Below are positions 44,310 through 52,951 of a DNA stretch of 64,000 bases, one piece after another. The position numbers and the translations under genes were made by a program. Each line of letters opens with the position of its first letter. Positions within the stretch are counted from its first letter, which is position 1. The notes under the pieces were generated by a model, which was not told where the DNA came from, did not search any database, and worked only from the letters and a program-made list of their open reading frames with translations. The DNA is from Candidatus Omnitrophota bacterium (lineage in GTDB: Bacteria; Omnitrophota; Omnitrophia; Omnitrophales; Aquincolibacteriaceae): contig JBDRCT010000005.1 in NCBI GenBank assembly GCA_043821445.1, positions 2,593 to 66,592 of the forward strand, read 5' to 3'.

Positions 44310-45872
44310 CTACTTGACCCGGACCACCATAAGCGTCAGGTCGTCAAAGGGCGGGGCTTGGCCGATGAATTCCTTGATCCCGTCCTGGATCTTCATAAAA
44401 AGATCATGGGCTCCGAGAGAACTGTTCTGTGCGATCAACTGCTTGAGTCTTTCGATACCAAACATTTCGCCGTGGGCTGCCCGGGCCTCAATCACTCCGT
44501 CCGTATACATCACGAGAAGGTCTTGAGAAGCAAGCTGGATCGTCTCTTCCGGATAGGTTTGTTCCGGAAGAATGCCCACGGGGACCCCGTTCGTTGTGAT
44601 CTCGGTAAAGGCTCTCTCTTTGGATTTGAACCATAAGGGCGGATAATGACCTGCGTTAGCACAAGTCATCTGCTTCTTTTTTGTGTCATACAGCAGGTAG
44701 AGGACCGTGATGAACATCCCCTTCCCCGAGGAGGCATCTGCCGCAATATAATTGTTCGACCGGCTCAAGGTCTCTCCCGGATGCGTCACTTCCGAGGAGA
44801 TCACTCTGAACACACTGCGGGAACGGGTCATATAAAGAGTTCCGGGAAGCCCCTTCCCGGAAGCGTCGGCGATGATAAAACCTATCTGGTCGCGCGAAGG
44901 AACGGAAAGAAAATCATAATAATCCCCTCCCACTTCTTTGGCGGGGACGCTCTTGGCCTCGATCTCCAGTCCCTCGACGTCGGGAGGATGTTCGGGAAAG
45001 ATCGATTGCTGGATCTCGGTCGCGATCTCTAATTCGCGTCTCACGCGTTCGTTCTCACGCACCGTCTCCGCTAACTCAAGCATGATACGCTTAAGGGATA
45101 TCGTCATTTCGTTGAAGATCCCGGACATGCGATTGAATTCGGTCTCGGAGAAATGTTCCAGTTTATGTTCGAGATCGCCGCCCCCCACCGTTTCCATTCC
45201 TTTGACCACCCGCCGTATCGGCCTTGTGAGCCAGATCGAGCTCAAGAGACCGCCTGCGAGCGAAAAACCAAGGCAGGCTGCCATCGAGATGAGGAAGAGG
45301 TTGGAAAATTCCTGCCGGATCTGAAAAACCGTCTGCTGGGCGATATCGATCCCGATGATCCCGGCAGTTTCTCCTGAGCGCGTCTTCACGGGGGCAAAAG
45401 CCGAGACCCAGGTGCCCCACCGGTCGGTCTTGGCTTGCAGATCCGCGTAGGGTTTTTGAAATCCTATCCGGATCTCCGGGACATCACGAATATCATAGCG
45501 CTCCCCGCAACCCACGGGTGTGCGTTCGCGATCAGCGTTCGTTACAAAACGGACATAATCCGGATCCGGATCCGCCACCATGATGTAAGCATCAAAAATA
45601 TCATGATCGACCGCGCGAACGCTCCGGAGTTTCTTGATCAAGGCCAGGGTTTCAGGGAAATTTTCGCAACCCGTCTTAGGAGAGATCGCCTGGATATCTT
45701 CGCCCGTGATCAGGCTGGCGCTGACTTCGGTAAGGTTCTCGAGGTATTTTTTAAAGGCGTCGTCGCGAAGCTTCGTCGCTTTGAAGTAGAAAAAAGTAAA
45801 GATGCCCACGAGCACAAACGCGCTCGAAAGAAAAAAAACGATCGAAAGACGGGCCGCAAAGCTTCTGAACAT
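44310..45872 (-). CDS. membrane-anchored PP2C-type Ser/Thr phosphatase (SpoIIE/RsbU-like) with a HAMP domain
   Basis: An N-terminal transmembrane helix and a sensor domain are followed by HAMP and a PPM domain (FIIADASGKGLPGTLYM ... MFITVLYLLYD ... GHYPPLWF ... MYTDGVIEA). Confidence 0.8.
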   Translation of the reverse strand: MFRSFAARLSIVFFLSSAFVLVGIFTFFYFKATKLRDDAFKKYLENLTEVSASLITGEDIQAISPKTGCENFPETLALIKKLRSVRAVDHDIFDAYIMVADPDPDYVRFVTNADRERTPVGCGERYDIRDVPEIRIGFQKPYADLQAKTDRWGTWVSAFAPVKTRSGETAGIIGIDIAQQTVFQIRQEFSNLFLISMAACLGFSLAGGLLSSIWLTRPIRRVVKGMETVGGGDLEHKLEHFSETEFNRMSGIFNEMTISLKRIMLELAETVRENERVRRELEIATEIQQSIFPEHPPDVEGLEIEAKSVPAKEVGGDYYDFLSVPSRDQIGFIIADASGKGLPGTLYMTRSRSVFRVISSEVTHPGETLSRSNNYIAADASSGKGMFITVLYLLYDTKKKQMTCANAGHYPPLWFKSKERAFTEITTNGVPVGILPEQTYPEETIQLASQDLLVMYTDGVIEARAAHGEMFGIERLKQLIAQNSSLGAHDLFMKIQDGIKEFIGQAPPFDDLTLMVVRVK

Positions 45873-45992
45873 GCCCGCATTCTAGCTTCCTTCAAACGGA
45901 AAAGCCACTTGGAATAGTGGGTCTGGATAAGAAATTCTCTTTCATAAAGCAAAACAGGGTCGTTTTTTCCGGAGAGATCGCTTTTTAAAACG

Positions 45993-48900
45993 TCAGGGGT
46001 TGGGATCCCGCGGGGAAATAAGTTCTTCTATTTTTTTTTCGAGGGTAAGCAAGGTTGCTTCCAAGTGCCGGGCACGGGCTTGGACTTTCATGTGGGCCCT
46101 TTTTTCTTCCTCGAGTTTTTCTTCGAGAGTCTTTTGGGCGATCCCTTTTTCGTTCAAAAGCTTTTCTTTCTCTTGGATCGTCTTCGTCAAGGCCTCCAGA
46201 ATGCGGATCTTTTCATCCTTTTCTCTCATTATCTGTTCTTTTTCGTCTTCAAGTCCATCGCATTGTCTCCGGACGTCTCGAGTTTGAACCTCGGCCTGAG
46301 CCAGAGCCTCGTCAAGATCTTTGATCTTGGCTAAAGCATTTTCGATCTCTTCCTTTTTTTTCTCGATTTTTCCGGCGAGAGATTCCTTTTCTTGTTCTGA
46401 AGCCACGAGCTCTGAGAGCCGGTCTTCCAGGTTTTTCCCCAAAGACAGCTTTTCTTCTTCGAGGCGCGCAAGATCCCGCTCAAGATTGTGCCGCTCATGC
46501 TCTAATCGCTTTTTGTCGTCCTCCAAAGACACTACCGCCTTGGCTCTCTCTTCTCCGGCCTTCACCAAAGCTTCCTTATCCCGCCACAAGCGATCCTTCT
46601 CGGACCTCAAAACTTCGGAATCATGATTCGCTCCCTCCAGATCCTTCTCCAATCCCTGGATCTTCCCTCTCAACTCCTCCAAGGTCTTCTCCGCTTCACG
46701 AAGTTTGTATCCCAACTGAACCGCTTCCTCCCCCTTCGCGGAAAGTTCTATCCTCAGGGATTCTCTCCCGCTCTCAAGCCGGCTCTTCTCTTCCTCCAGC
46801 GCAAGACGCTGCTTCTCGCGGGCTTCCAGTTCCATACGATGCTTCTCGGTCAGTTCGGCAGCGTTCGTTTCTCTCGCCTTAACCTCGGCTTCCTTCTCAG
46901 CGCATTTTGCCTCCCACCCCCGGATCTCCTCCCGCAACCGCGCTTCCTCCGCCGCCTTCGTTTCAAGTTCGCCGGACAACTGTTTCTTTTCATTTTCTAA
47001 AGACTGGGTCAGACCACGGCCCTCTTCCGAGGCCTTCTCAAATTCGAGGATCCGGGCCTTCAAGATCTCCGACTCCTCTTCCTTCGCACCCAAAGCTTTC
47101 TCAAGACTGTGTTTCTCATTCTCGAAATGCTTCTTATCGTCCCCCAAAGCAACAACAACGGCGCGGCTCTTCTCCAATATTTCCCTGGACTCGCGAAGCC
47201 GGGTCTTCAAGACCTCCGACTCTTCCTCCTTCGTGCCAAGATCCTTCTCAAGCTGATGTCTTTTATCCTCTAACTGCTTTTTGTCGTCCTCCAAAGCGGT
47301 AATAATGGCGCGGCCCTCCTCCGAGGCCTTCTCAAATTCGAGGATCCGGGTCTTCAAAGTCTCCGACTCTTCTTCCTTTGTATCGAGGTCTTTTTCAAAA
47401 CGAGCCTTCGCTTCCTCTGCCTCCGTTAACGCCTTGGCTTTTTCGGAAAGCTCTGTCTCGAGAGATTTTTTCTCACCCTCAAGCCGGCTCTTCTCTCCCT
47501 CCAACGCAAGACGCTGCTTCTCGTGGGCTTCCACCGCCATCCGGTGTTTCTCGGTCAGTTCGGCAGCGCTCACTTCGCTCTCAGCGCGTTTTGCCTCCAA
47601 CCCACGGATCTCCTCCCGCAACCGCGCTTCCTCCGCCACCTTCGTCTCAAGTTCTTTGGATAACTGCTCCTTTTCATCCTTCAAAGACTGGATCAGGCCG
47701 TGGCTCTTTTCCGAGGTCTCCTCAAATTCTCGGATCCGGGCCTTCAAAGTTTCGGACTCTTCTTTCTTCACGCCAAGATCCTTCTCAAGACGGGCCTTCG
47801 CTTCCTCTGCCTCGGCCAGCGCCCGGGCTTTCTCTTCCCCTGCCCTTAACAAAGCCTCCTTCTCCCGCTCCAAGCATTCCTTTTCAGAGCTCAAAACCCC
47901 GGAACCGCGGTGCGCTCCCTCCAGATCCTTCTCAAGACGGGCCTTCACTTCCTCTGCCTCGGCCAATGCCCGGGCTTTCTCTTCCCCGGCTCTTAACAAA
48001 GCCTCCTTCTCCCGCTCCAAGCGTTCCTTCTCAGAGCTCAAGACCCCGGAATCGCGATGCGCTCCCTCCAGATCCTTCTCAAGACGAACCTTCACTTCCT
48101 CTCTCTTTGCCAACGCCTTGGCCTTTTCGGAAAGTTCTATCCTCAGGGATTTTTTCTCGCCCTCAAGTTGGCTCTTCTCCTCCTCCAGCGCAAGGCGATG
48201 TTTCTCATGGGCTTCCACTGCCATCCGGTGTTTCTCGGTCAGTTCGACAGTGCTTGCTTCCCTTTCAGCGCGTTTTGTCTCCAACCCCCGGATCTCTTCC
48301 CACAACCGCGCTTCCTCCGCCACCTTCGTTTCAAGTTCCCTGGATAATTGCTCCTTTTCATCCTCCAAGGACCGGATCCGGTCGTGACTCTCCTCTGAGG
48401 CCTCCTCAAATTCGCGGAGCCGGGCCTTCAAGTTTTCAGATTCTTCCTCTTTCGTACCAAGATCTTTCTCGAGACGGGCACGGATTTCCTCCAAAGATGT
48501 TAACGCATGGGCTTTTTCTTCGAAGCTTTGTATTTGTGCACGCGCGATCCTGACTTCCGTCTCAAGTTCGGCCGCCCTTTTCCCTGCTTTTTCCCCGTCA
48601 CCGCGAATGCGTTTGATCACGTCGATCAGCAGGGCATTCTCTTTTTCCAAAGCTTTTTTCTTATTTTCCTCATAAGCAGGTTTTGTTTTATAAGCTTCTA
48701 CGTGGGCCCTTTTTTCCGCCGCCAGATCCTCTTCGAGTCCCTCGCATTTCTTTCTCAGCTCCTCGATACGGGCCTCCAAGCGTTTTTTTTCAAACCCTGC
48801 CTTATCCACCCCGGATGTCAGGTACTCATCTTTATTTTCATGGAGAAATTGCGAGGGCGAGCCGAGCGAGTACACTTTGGAAGGAGGGGGTGCTTGGGAA

Positions 48901-49115
48901 GCACCGGAGTCTTTGGGCAATTCTTTCTTTTTTTCCAGAAGATCTATGAGATCCATAAGTTCCACCAGGCTGATTTTCGGAGGGGCTCCCGAGGCCTCCC
49001 CCTTGAGTGCGTCGCATCGCTTGGCATAATAGCTGGTCAAAGTATCTGCGACCGCATTTGAAAGACGTCCGCTCTTCACCAGTTTTTGGATCTGTTCCTC
49101 AAAAGAACTTGTCAT
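45993..49115 (-). CDS. giant cytoplasmic coiled-coil protein with internal near-identical repeats
   Basis: The 1040-aa protein is almost entirely Glu/Lys/Arg/Leu/Ala heptad coiled coil. A super-repeat of about 200 aa occurs three times. There is no signal peptide. Confidence 0.7.
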   Translation of the reverse strand: MTSSFEEQIQKLVKSGRLSNAVADTLTSYYAKRCDALKGEASGAPPKISLVELMDLIDLLEKKKELPKDSGASQAPPPSKVYSLGSPSQFLHENKDEYLTSGVDKAGFEKKRLEARIEELRKKCEGLEEDLAAEKRAHVEAYKTKPAYEENKKKALEKENALLIDVIKRIRGDGEKAGKRAAELETEVRIARAQIQSFEEKAHALTSLEEIRARLEKDLGTKEEESENLKARLREFEEASEESHDRIRSLEDEKEQLSRELETKVAEEARLWEEIRGLETKRAEREASTVELTEKHRMAVEAHEKHRLALEEEKSQLEGEKKSLRIELSEKAKALAKREEVKVRLEKDLEGAHRDSGVLSSEKERLEREKEALLRAGEEKARALAEAEEVKARLEKDLEGAHRGSGVLSSEKECLEREKEALLRAGEEKARALAEAEEAKARLEKDLGVKKEESETLKARIREFEETSEKSHGLIQSLKDEKEQLSKELETKVAEEARLREEIRGLEAKRAESEVSAAELTEKHRMAVEAHEKQRLALEGEKSRLEGEKKSLETELSEKAKALTEAEEAKARFEKDLDTKEEESETLKTRILEFEKASEEGRAIITALEDDKKQLEDKRHQLEKDLGTKEEESEVLKTRLRESREILEKSRAVVVALGDDKKHFENEKHSLEKALGAKEEESEILKARILEFEKASEEGRGLTQSLENEKKQLSGELETKAAEEARLREEIRGWEAKCAEKEAEVKARETNAAELTEKHRMELEAREKQRLALEEEKSRLESGRESLRIELSAKGEEAVQLGYKLREAEKTLEELRGKIQGLEKDLEGANHDSEVLRSEKDRLWRDKEALVKAGEERAKAVVSLEDDKKRLEHERHNLERDLARLEEEKLSLGKNLEDRLSELVASEQEKESLAGKIEKKKEEIENALAKIKDLDEALAQAEVQTRDVRRQCDGLEDEKEQIMREKDEKIRILEALTKTIQEKEKLLNEKGIAQKTLEEKLEEEKRAHMKVQARARHLEATLLTLEKKIEELISPRDPNP
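47778..48071. repeat. tandem direct repeat (2 x 147 nt, about 93% identical) inside the coiled-coil CDS
   Basis: ATCCTTCTCAAGACGGGCCTTC recurs at 47778, 47925 and 48072. It encodes the 49-aa unit LEKDLEGAHRDSGVLSSEKERLEREKEALLRAGEEKARALAEAEEVKAR. Confidence 0.85.
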
Positions 49116-49309
49116 TTTAAACTTCCCCGGCGCACAACATCCGGACCTTGGTGGAAGCGCCGGGAAGACTCACTCCCCCTGCCATCCCTGACGCGGGAGA
49201 ACCGATTCTGAAGAAGCGGGACTGAATATCCATGGCCGCTGGGAGCTCGGCCGTTCTTTGAATCACCGGAACCTTTTTGCGGCCACTTCGTATTTTCCTC
49301 CGGGAGATG

Positions 49310-50488
49310 CTAGGGTGTTTTCCGGAAAGATTCCAAGTAATGCTTAACCACAAGGCACTTCTCTTCATGCTCGCGGATGATCGCTTCGATGAGCATGTCG
49401 CGGGCTTCCTCCGTCAAATTTTCGGGGCCGACAGGTTCCTCGCCTATCATTTTAGACACATCATTGGTCCTTGAGAAGATCGCCCTTGCCCATTCCCGCT
49501 CGTCACACTTACCAAGCAGATACAGAGCCGTCATCACAAACTGGCCCCCGTTGAGACTGCCCAGGTTCACAAGCGCTGCTTTTTGGGGGCCCGTAAAACC
49601 GGAAACGATCTCCTGAAACAGGTCGATAATTTTCCTCCAGTCTTCGCCCGTATACCGGTCCCAGGCATTAAGAGAGAACCCATGCTGCTGTAAAAATAGT
49701 TTTGCCTTATTTTGTTGCATTTCTTGATAGAGTGAGGAAATGGGGTACCCGGCCGCAGGCTCAAAAATAGGGTCCGCGCGCAACCAACCCGGGAGATTTT
49801 GAGAAAGGTCACCCCCTTTATCCATAAGATCCATCTCCGAAGAGGCCAAAAGATACGCGCTGAAAGTGTGGGGCTGAATGATCACCCCATTCTCAATAAG
49901 CAAGTCTCCCTGCTCTTTGAAATCGGCTACGATCCTCTCAAACAATGCTTTGCTTTCCGACTCGATCACATGGCCGTGAACACTCTTGATGAGCTCCTCA
50001 CCGACCTGCAGACAATATTTGCTTTCCCGGCTGATCAACTTCGCATCTTTGAGCGATACCGCTTTCAAAAGCCCCGCCCTGATCATTTCTTGCAGAACTT
50101 TCTGGCGATGGTCCAGCGCGGTCCGCATGCCGGGGTCCATTTGGAGCGCCGCGTCAAAACACTTGAGCGCATCCTTGAACTTTCCGTTCGTCAACAACAC
50201 GGAGCCCTGATCGACCAGTGCGCGCTTACGTAAGAAATTGCAGTACAATGCTTCTTCGTAACATTCGAAAGCCTTGCTCGGTTTTCCAAGCCTGTCGTGA
50301 CAACGGCCCAGATTCACCCAGGCCTCTTCATTATCGCCGTGGATCGCTAACGCCCTTTCATAACATGACTTAGCCTTCCCCCAAGCCTTGTATTTTATAA
50401 ACTCAAGAGCTTCTTTCATGAATTTTTCGCATGCGCACCCTGATTCCTCATGCATAGACATCCTCCCTTCTAAAAGTTCAGATCTCAT
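49310..50488 (-). CDS. TPR-repeat protein with an uncharacterised C-terminal domain
   Basis: The N-terminus carries TPR motifs (AWVNLGRCHDRLGKPSKAFECYEEAL). The C-terminal 200 aa match no family I recognise. Confidence 0.55.
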   Translation of the reverse strand: MRSELLEGRMSMHEESGCACEKFMKEALEFIKYKAWGKAKSCYERALAIHGDNEEAWVNLGRCHDRLGKPSKAFECYEEALYCNFLRKRALVDQGSVLLTNGKFKDALKCFDAALQMDPGMRTALDHRQKVLQEMIRAGLLKAVSLKDAKLISRESKYCLQVGEELIKSVHGHVIESESKALFERIVADFKEQGDLLIENGVIIQPHTFSAYLLASSEMDLMDKGGDLSQNLPGWLRADPIFEPAAGYPISSLYQEMQQNKAKLFLQQHGFSLNAWDRYTGEDWRKIIDLFQEIVSGFTGPQKAALVNLGSLNGGQFVMTALYLLGKCDEREWARAIFSRTNDVSKMIGEEPVGPENLTEEARDMLIEAIIREHEEKCLVVKHYLESFRKTP

Positions 50489-50630
50489 GGCAACAAAACG
50501 CTGGACGGCTTAACGACCCTCCCGGACTTCGCAGCCACGGCTATTGTACTGGATAATGGAACACATGAAAAGACATCCAGTCATAAAAATTTCCGCGTTT
50601 CTAGGGGGAAAAAGCGCCCTCATCCGGACC

Positions 50631-51683
50631 TTACCCCTTGGACCGCACTCCCCCCGGATCGAGTTTGATCCCCTTCTGCCACGCCCAGCTGCTCGAAAGG
50701 GCGTCCTTGAGCGGCAGCTTTGCGTGCCAGCGCAGTTCTTTTTCCGCTTTGCCGACCGCGGCGTAGATCTTTGTAATGTCGCCGGGACGGCGCGGCGCAA
50801 TCTTGTGAGGCACTTTCACGCCTGTCACCTTCTCGAATGTGCGGAGGATCTCAAGAACGCTGTGCCCGCGGCCTGTGCCGATATTAAAAACATCGTAGAA
50901 CGTCCGGGTGCGCTTTTGCTCCAGATACATCAGCGCCCGGACATGGGCCCCGGCGAGGTCCATCACATGAATGTAATCCCGGATGCATGTTCCGTCGGGT
51001 GTGGGATAATTATTTCCGTATACTCGAAGAATCCTGCGAAGACCCGCCGCCGTTTGGGTGATGAACGGCACGAGATTCTTCGGGACCCCGAGCGGAAGTT
51101 CGCCGATAAGCCCCGAGGGATGCGCACCGATAGGGTTGAAATAGCGCAACGAGACCGCCTTCAGGGGCACGCCGCTCTGGATAAACGTTTCGAGCATCCG
51201 CTCTGCGATCTTTTTTGTTTCTCCGTAAGGCGATGCCGCTTTTTTGACCGGAGCGTTCTCACGGACGGGAAGCTTGTCGGGATTACCATAGATCGTGCAG
51301 GAAGAGGAAAAAACAAAATTCGGCACCCGGTATTGCTCCGCAGCTTTCAGCATCGTCAGCATGCCGCCGAGGTTATTGCGATAATACCGGAGAGGCTGGG
51401 ACACCGACTCCTCCACGGCCTTAAGCGCCGCGAAGTGGATGATGCCGTGAAAATGCCCTTCCTTTCTGAAAACCCGGGCTACGTCCCCGGGGACCGCGCA
51501 GTCGCCGGTATGTAAAGGCACGTTCCGTCCCGCAATCTTCCGGATCCTTGCAATGATGAACCTTTCGGAATTCGAGAAATTATCCAGGATCACGGGCTCA
51601 TAGCCCGCGCGCACTAACTCGACCACAGTATGCGACCCGATATAACCCGCTCCGCCGGTCACCAGTATCTTCTTCGCTCTCAT
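50631..51683 (-). CDS. galE: UDP-glucose 4-epimerase
   Basis: The protein has ILVTGGAGYIGSH and the catalytic SPYGETK (YxxxK), and is collinear with GalE. I chose the start at 51683 because of the AGGAG Shine-Dalgarno. Confidence 0.85.
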   Translation of the reverse strand: MRAKKILVTGGAGYIGSHTVVELVRAGYEPVILDNFSNSERFIIARIRKIAGRNVPLHTGDCAVPGDVARVFRKEGHFHGIIHFAALKAVEESVSQPLRYYRNNLGGMLTMLKAAEQYRVPNFVFSSSCTIYGNPDKLPVRENAPVKKAASPYGETKKIAERMLETFIQSGVPLKAVSLRYFNPIGAHPSGLIGELPLGVPKNLVPFITQTAAGLRRILRVYGNNYPTPDGTCIRDYIHVMDLAGAHVRALMYLEQKRTRTFYDVFNIGTGRGHSVLEILRTFEKVTGVKVPHKIAPRRPGDITKIYAAVGKAEKELRWHAKLPLKDALSSSWAWQKGIKLDPGGVRSKG

Positions 51684-51731
51684 GGAATCTCCTGCCCCCA
51701 ATTATATCAAGCGATCAGGTGGGTCTTTGAA

Positions 51732-52697
51732 CTAAGATGATTGAATTTTTTCATAAAGTTGTGCGGCTAAATCTTTGTTGAGATTATTTAATATTGCGTA
51801 CTGTTTTAACGCAGAGTCTTTCTTATGAAGAGATAAATGTGCCATTCCAAGATTGTAATAGGCCATAGCATTCCGAGCATCCAGGGAGAGGGCCTTGTCA
51901 AAAAGCTCGATCGCTTTTTGGGCATCATCTTTCTGGAGGTAGACATTACCCAAACCGGCGTAAGCATTAGAATCCTTGTCGTTCAAGGAGACGGCCTTGT
52001 CAAAAGACTCGATCGCTTTTTGGGCATCACCTTTCCGGAGGTAGGCATTCCCCAAACTGGCGTAAACATTGGAATCCTTGGCGTTCAAGGAGACGGCCTT
52101 GTTAAAAGACTCGATGGCTTTGTCGGCATTGCCTTGGCTGGAATAGATATTACCCAAACCGACATAACTATAGAGATCCTGTGGATTCAGGGAGAGGGCC
52201 TTGTTATAAGACTCGATCGCTTGATCGGCATTGCCTTGGCTGAAATAGATATTGCCCAAACCGACGTAAGCACTGGAATCTTCGGCAGCCAAGGAGATGG
52301 CTTTGTTATAACACTCGATCGCTTTATCGAGATTGCCTTTTCGGAAATAGAGATTACCTAAACCGCCGTAAGCATAGAGATTTTCCGGATCCAGGGAAAT
52401 GGCCTTGTCAAAAGACTCGATCGCTTTGTCGAGATCGCCTCTCCTGGAATAGAGATTACCCAGATCGACGTAAGCAAAGAGACTCTCCGGGTCCAGGGAA
52501 ATGGCCTCATGGAAGGATTCGATCGCTTTATCGCTGTCGCCCTTTGCCGCCTCTTCCCTCCCCGCGATAATACACTGGTCTGCCGTGACAACATTTTCTG
52601 CATCGGCTGCATAACTGCTTGGATGACTACAAATAAAAAATACTATGGGGGCCAAAAATACTAGGTTTATGGGTCTAAAAAACGAGTGTTTTTTCAT
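51732..52697 (-). CDS. secreted TPR-repeat protein (paralog 1)
   Basis: The protein has an MKKHSFFRPINLVFLAPIVFFICSHPSSYAA signal peptide and about 7 TPR units (AYVDLGNLYSRRGDLDKAIESFDKAISLDP...). Its C-terminus is conserved with the paralogs at 62154 and 62732. Confidence 0.75.
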   Translation of the reverse strand: MKKHSFFRPINLVFLAPIVFFICSHPSSYAADAENVVTADQCIIAGREEAAKGDSDKAIESFHEAISLDPESLFAYVDLGNLYSRRGDLDKAIESFDKAISLDPENLYAYGGLGNLYFRKGNLDKAIECYNKAISLAAEDSSAYVGLGNIYFSQGNADQAIESYNKALSLNPQDLYSYVGLGNIYSSQGNADKAIESFNKAVSLNAKDSNVYASLGNAYLRKGDAQKAIESFDKAVSLNDKDSNAYAGLGNVYLQKDDAQKAIELFDKALSLDARNAMAYYNLGMAHLSLHKKDSALKQYAILNNLNKDLAAQLYEKIQSS

Positions 52698-52782
52698 GGT
52701 TGATCCCTCGCCTAAGTGGTCTGTTGCCGAAGCGAAATTGCCTGTTTGTTCTCGCTCTCTTCCGTAAACGATTGGACGGGAC

Positions 52783-52811
52783 AGTATTAAGCGCTTTCTT
52801 TGCTGCCACAA
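52783..52811 (-). promoter_or_regulatory. sigma70-like promoter (-35 TTGTGG, 17-nt spacer, -10 TAATAC) conserved with the paralog at 63391..63419
   Basis: On the minus strand the sequence reads TTGTGG-N17-TAATAC. The identical architecture sits upstream of TPR paralog 3, and about 120 nt of the 5'-UTR downstream is conserved. Confidence 0.5.
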
Positions 52812-52951
52812 GCACTTTTCCCCGTCTCATTCCGGCTTGCCCCGCTGAGTCAAGGTCCAAAGAGTGCAGAATCGGAGCTCCTGGCTTCACTACGGACGCC
52901 CTTTCGTCCACGAACTTAAAAGCTCGAGGGCTTTCTGGCCGGAGTTATCCA

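Noticed and set aside
47778-48071. Tandem 147-nt repeats, considered as a possible CRISPR or minisatellite.
   Set aside because: The repeats are contiguous, with no spacers, and are in-frame coding sequence of the coiled-coil protein. There are no cas genes in the window.
47281-48553. Long Ser/Pro-rich plus-strand ORFs (368 and 391 aa).
   Set aside because: They are antisense to the repetitive coiled-coil gene. Their apparent repeats simply mirror the sense-strand repeats.
49117-49368. An 83-aa minus-strand ORF between the coiled-coil and TPR genes.
   Set aside because: It overlaps the TPR gene's end by about 60 nt, is basic and low in complexity, and has no Shine-Dalgarno. It is probably not coding.
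52783-52830. A sigma-54 promoter in the TPR leaders (TGGCAG seen on the minus strand).
   Set aside because: No TTGC follows at the correct 5-nt spacing. A conserved TTGNNG-N17-TAATAC sigma70-like arrangement explains the conservation better.
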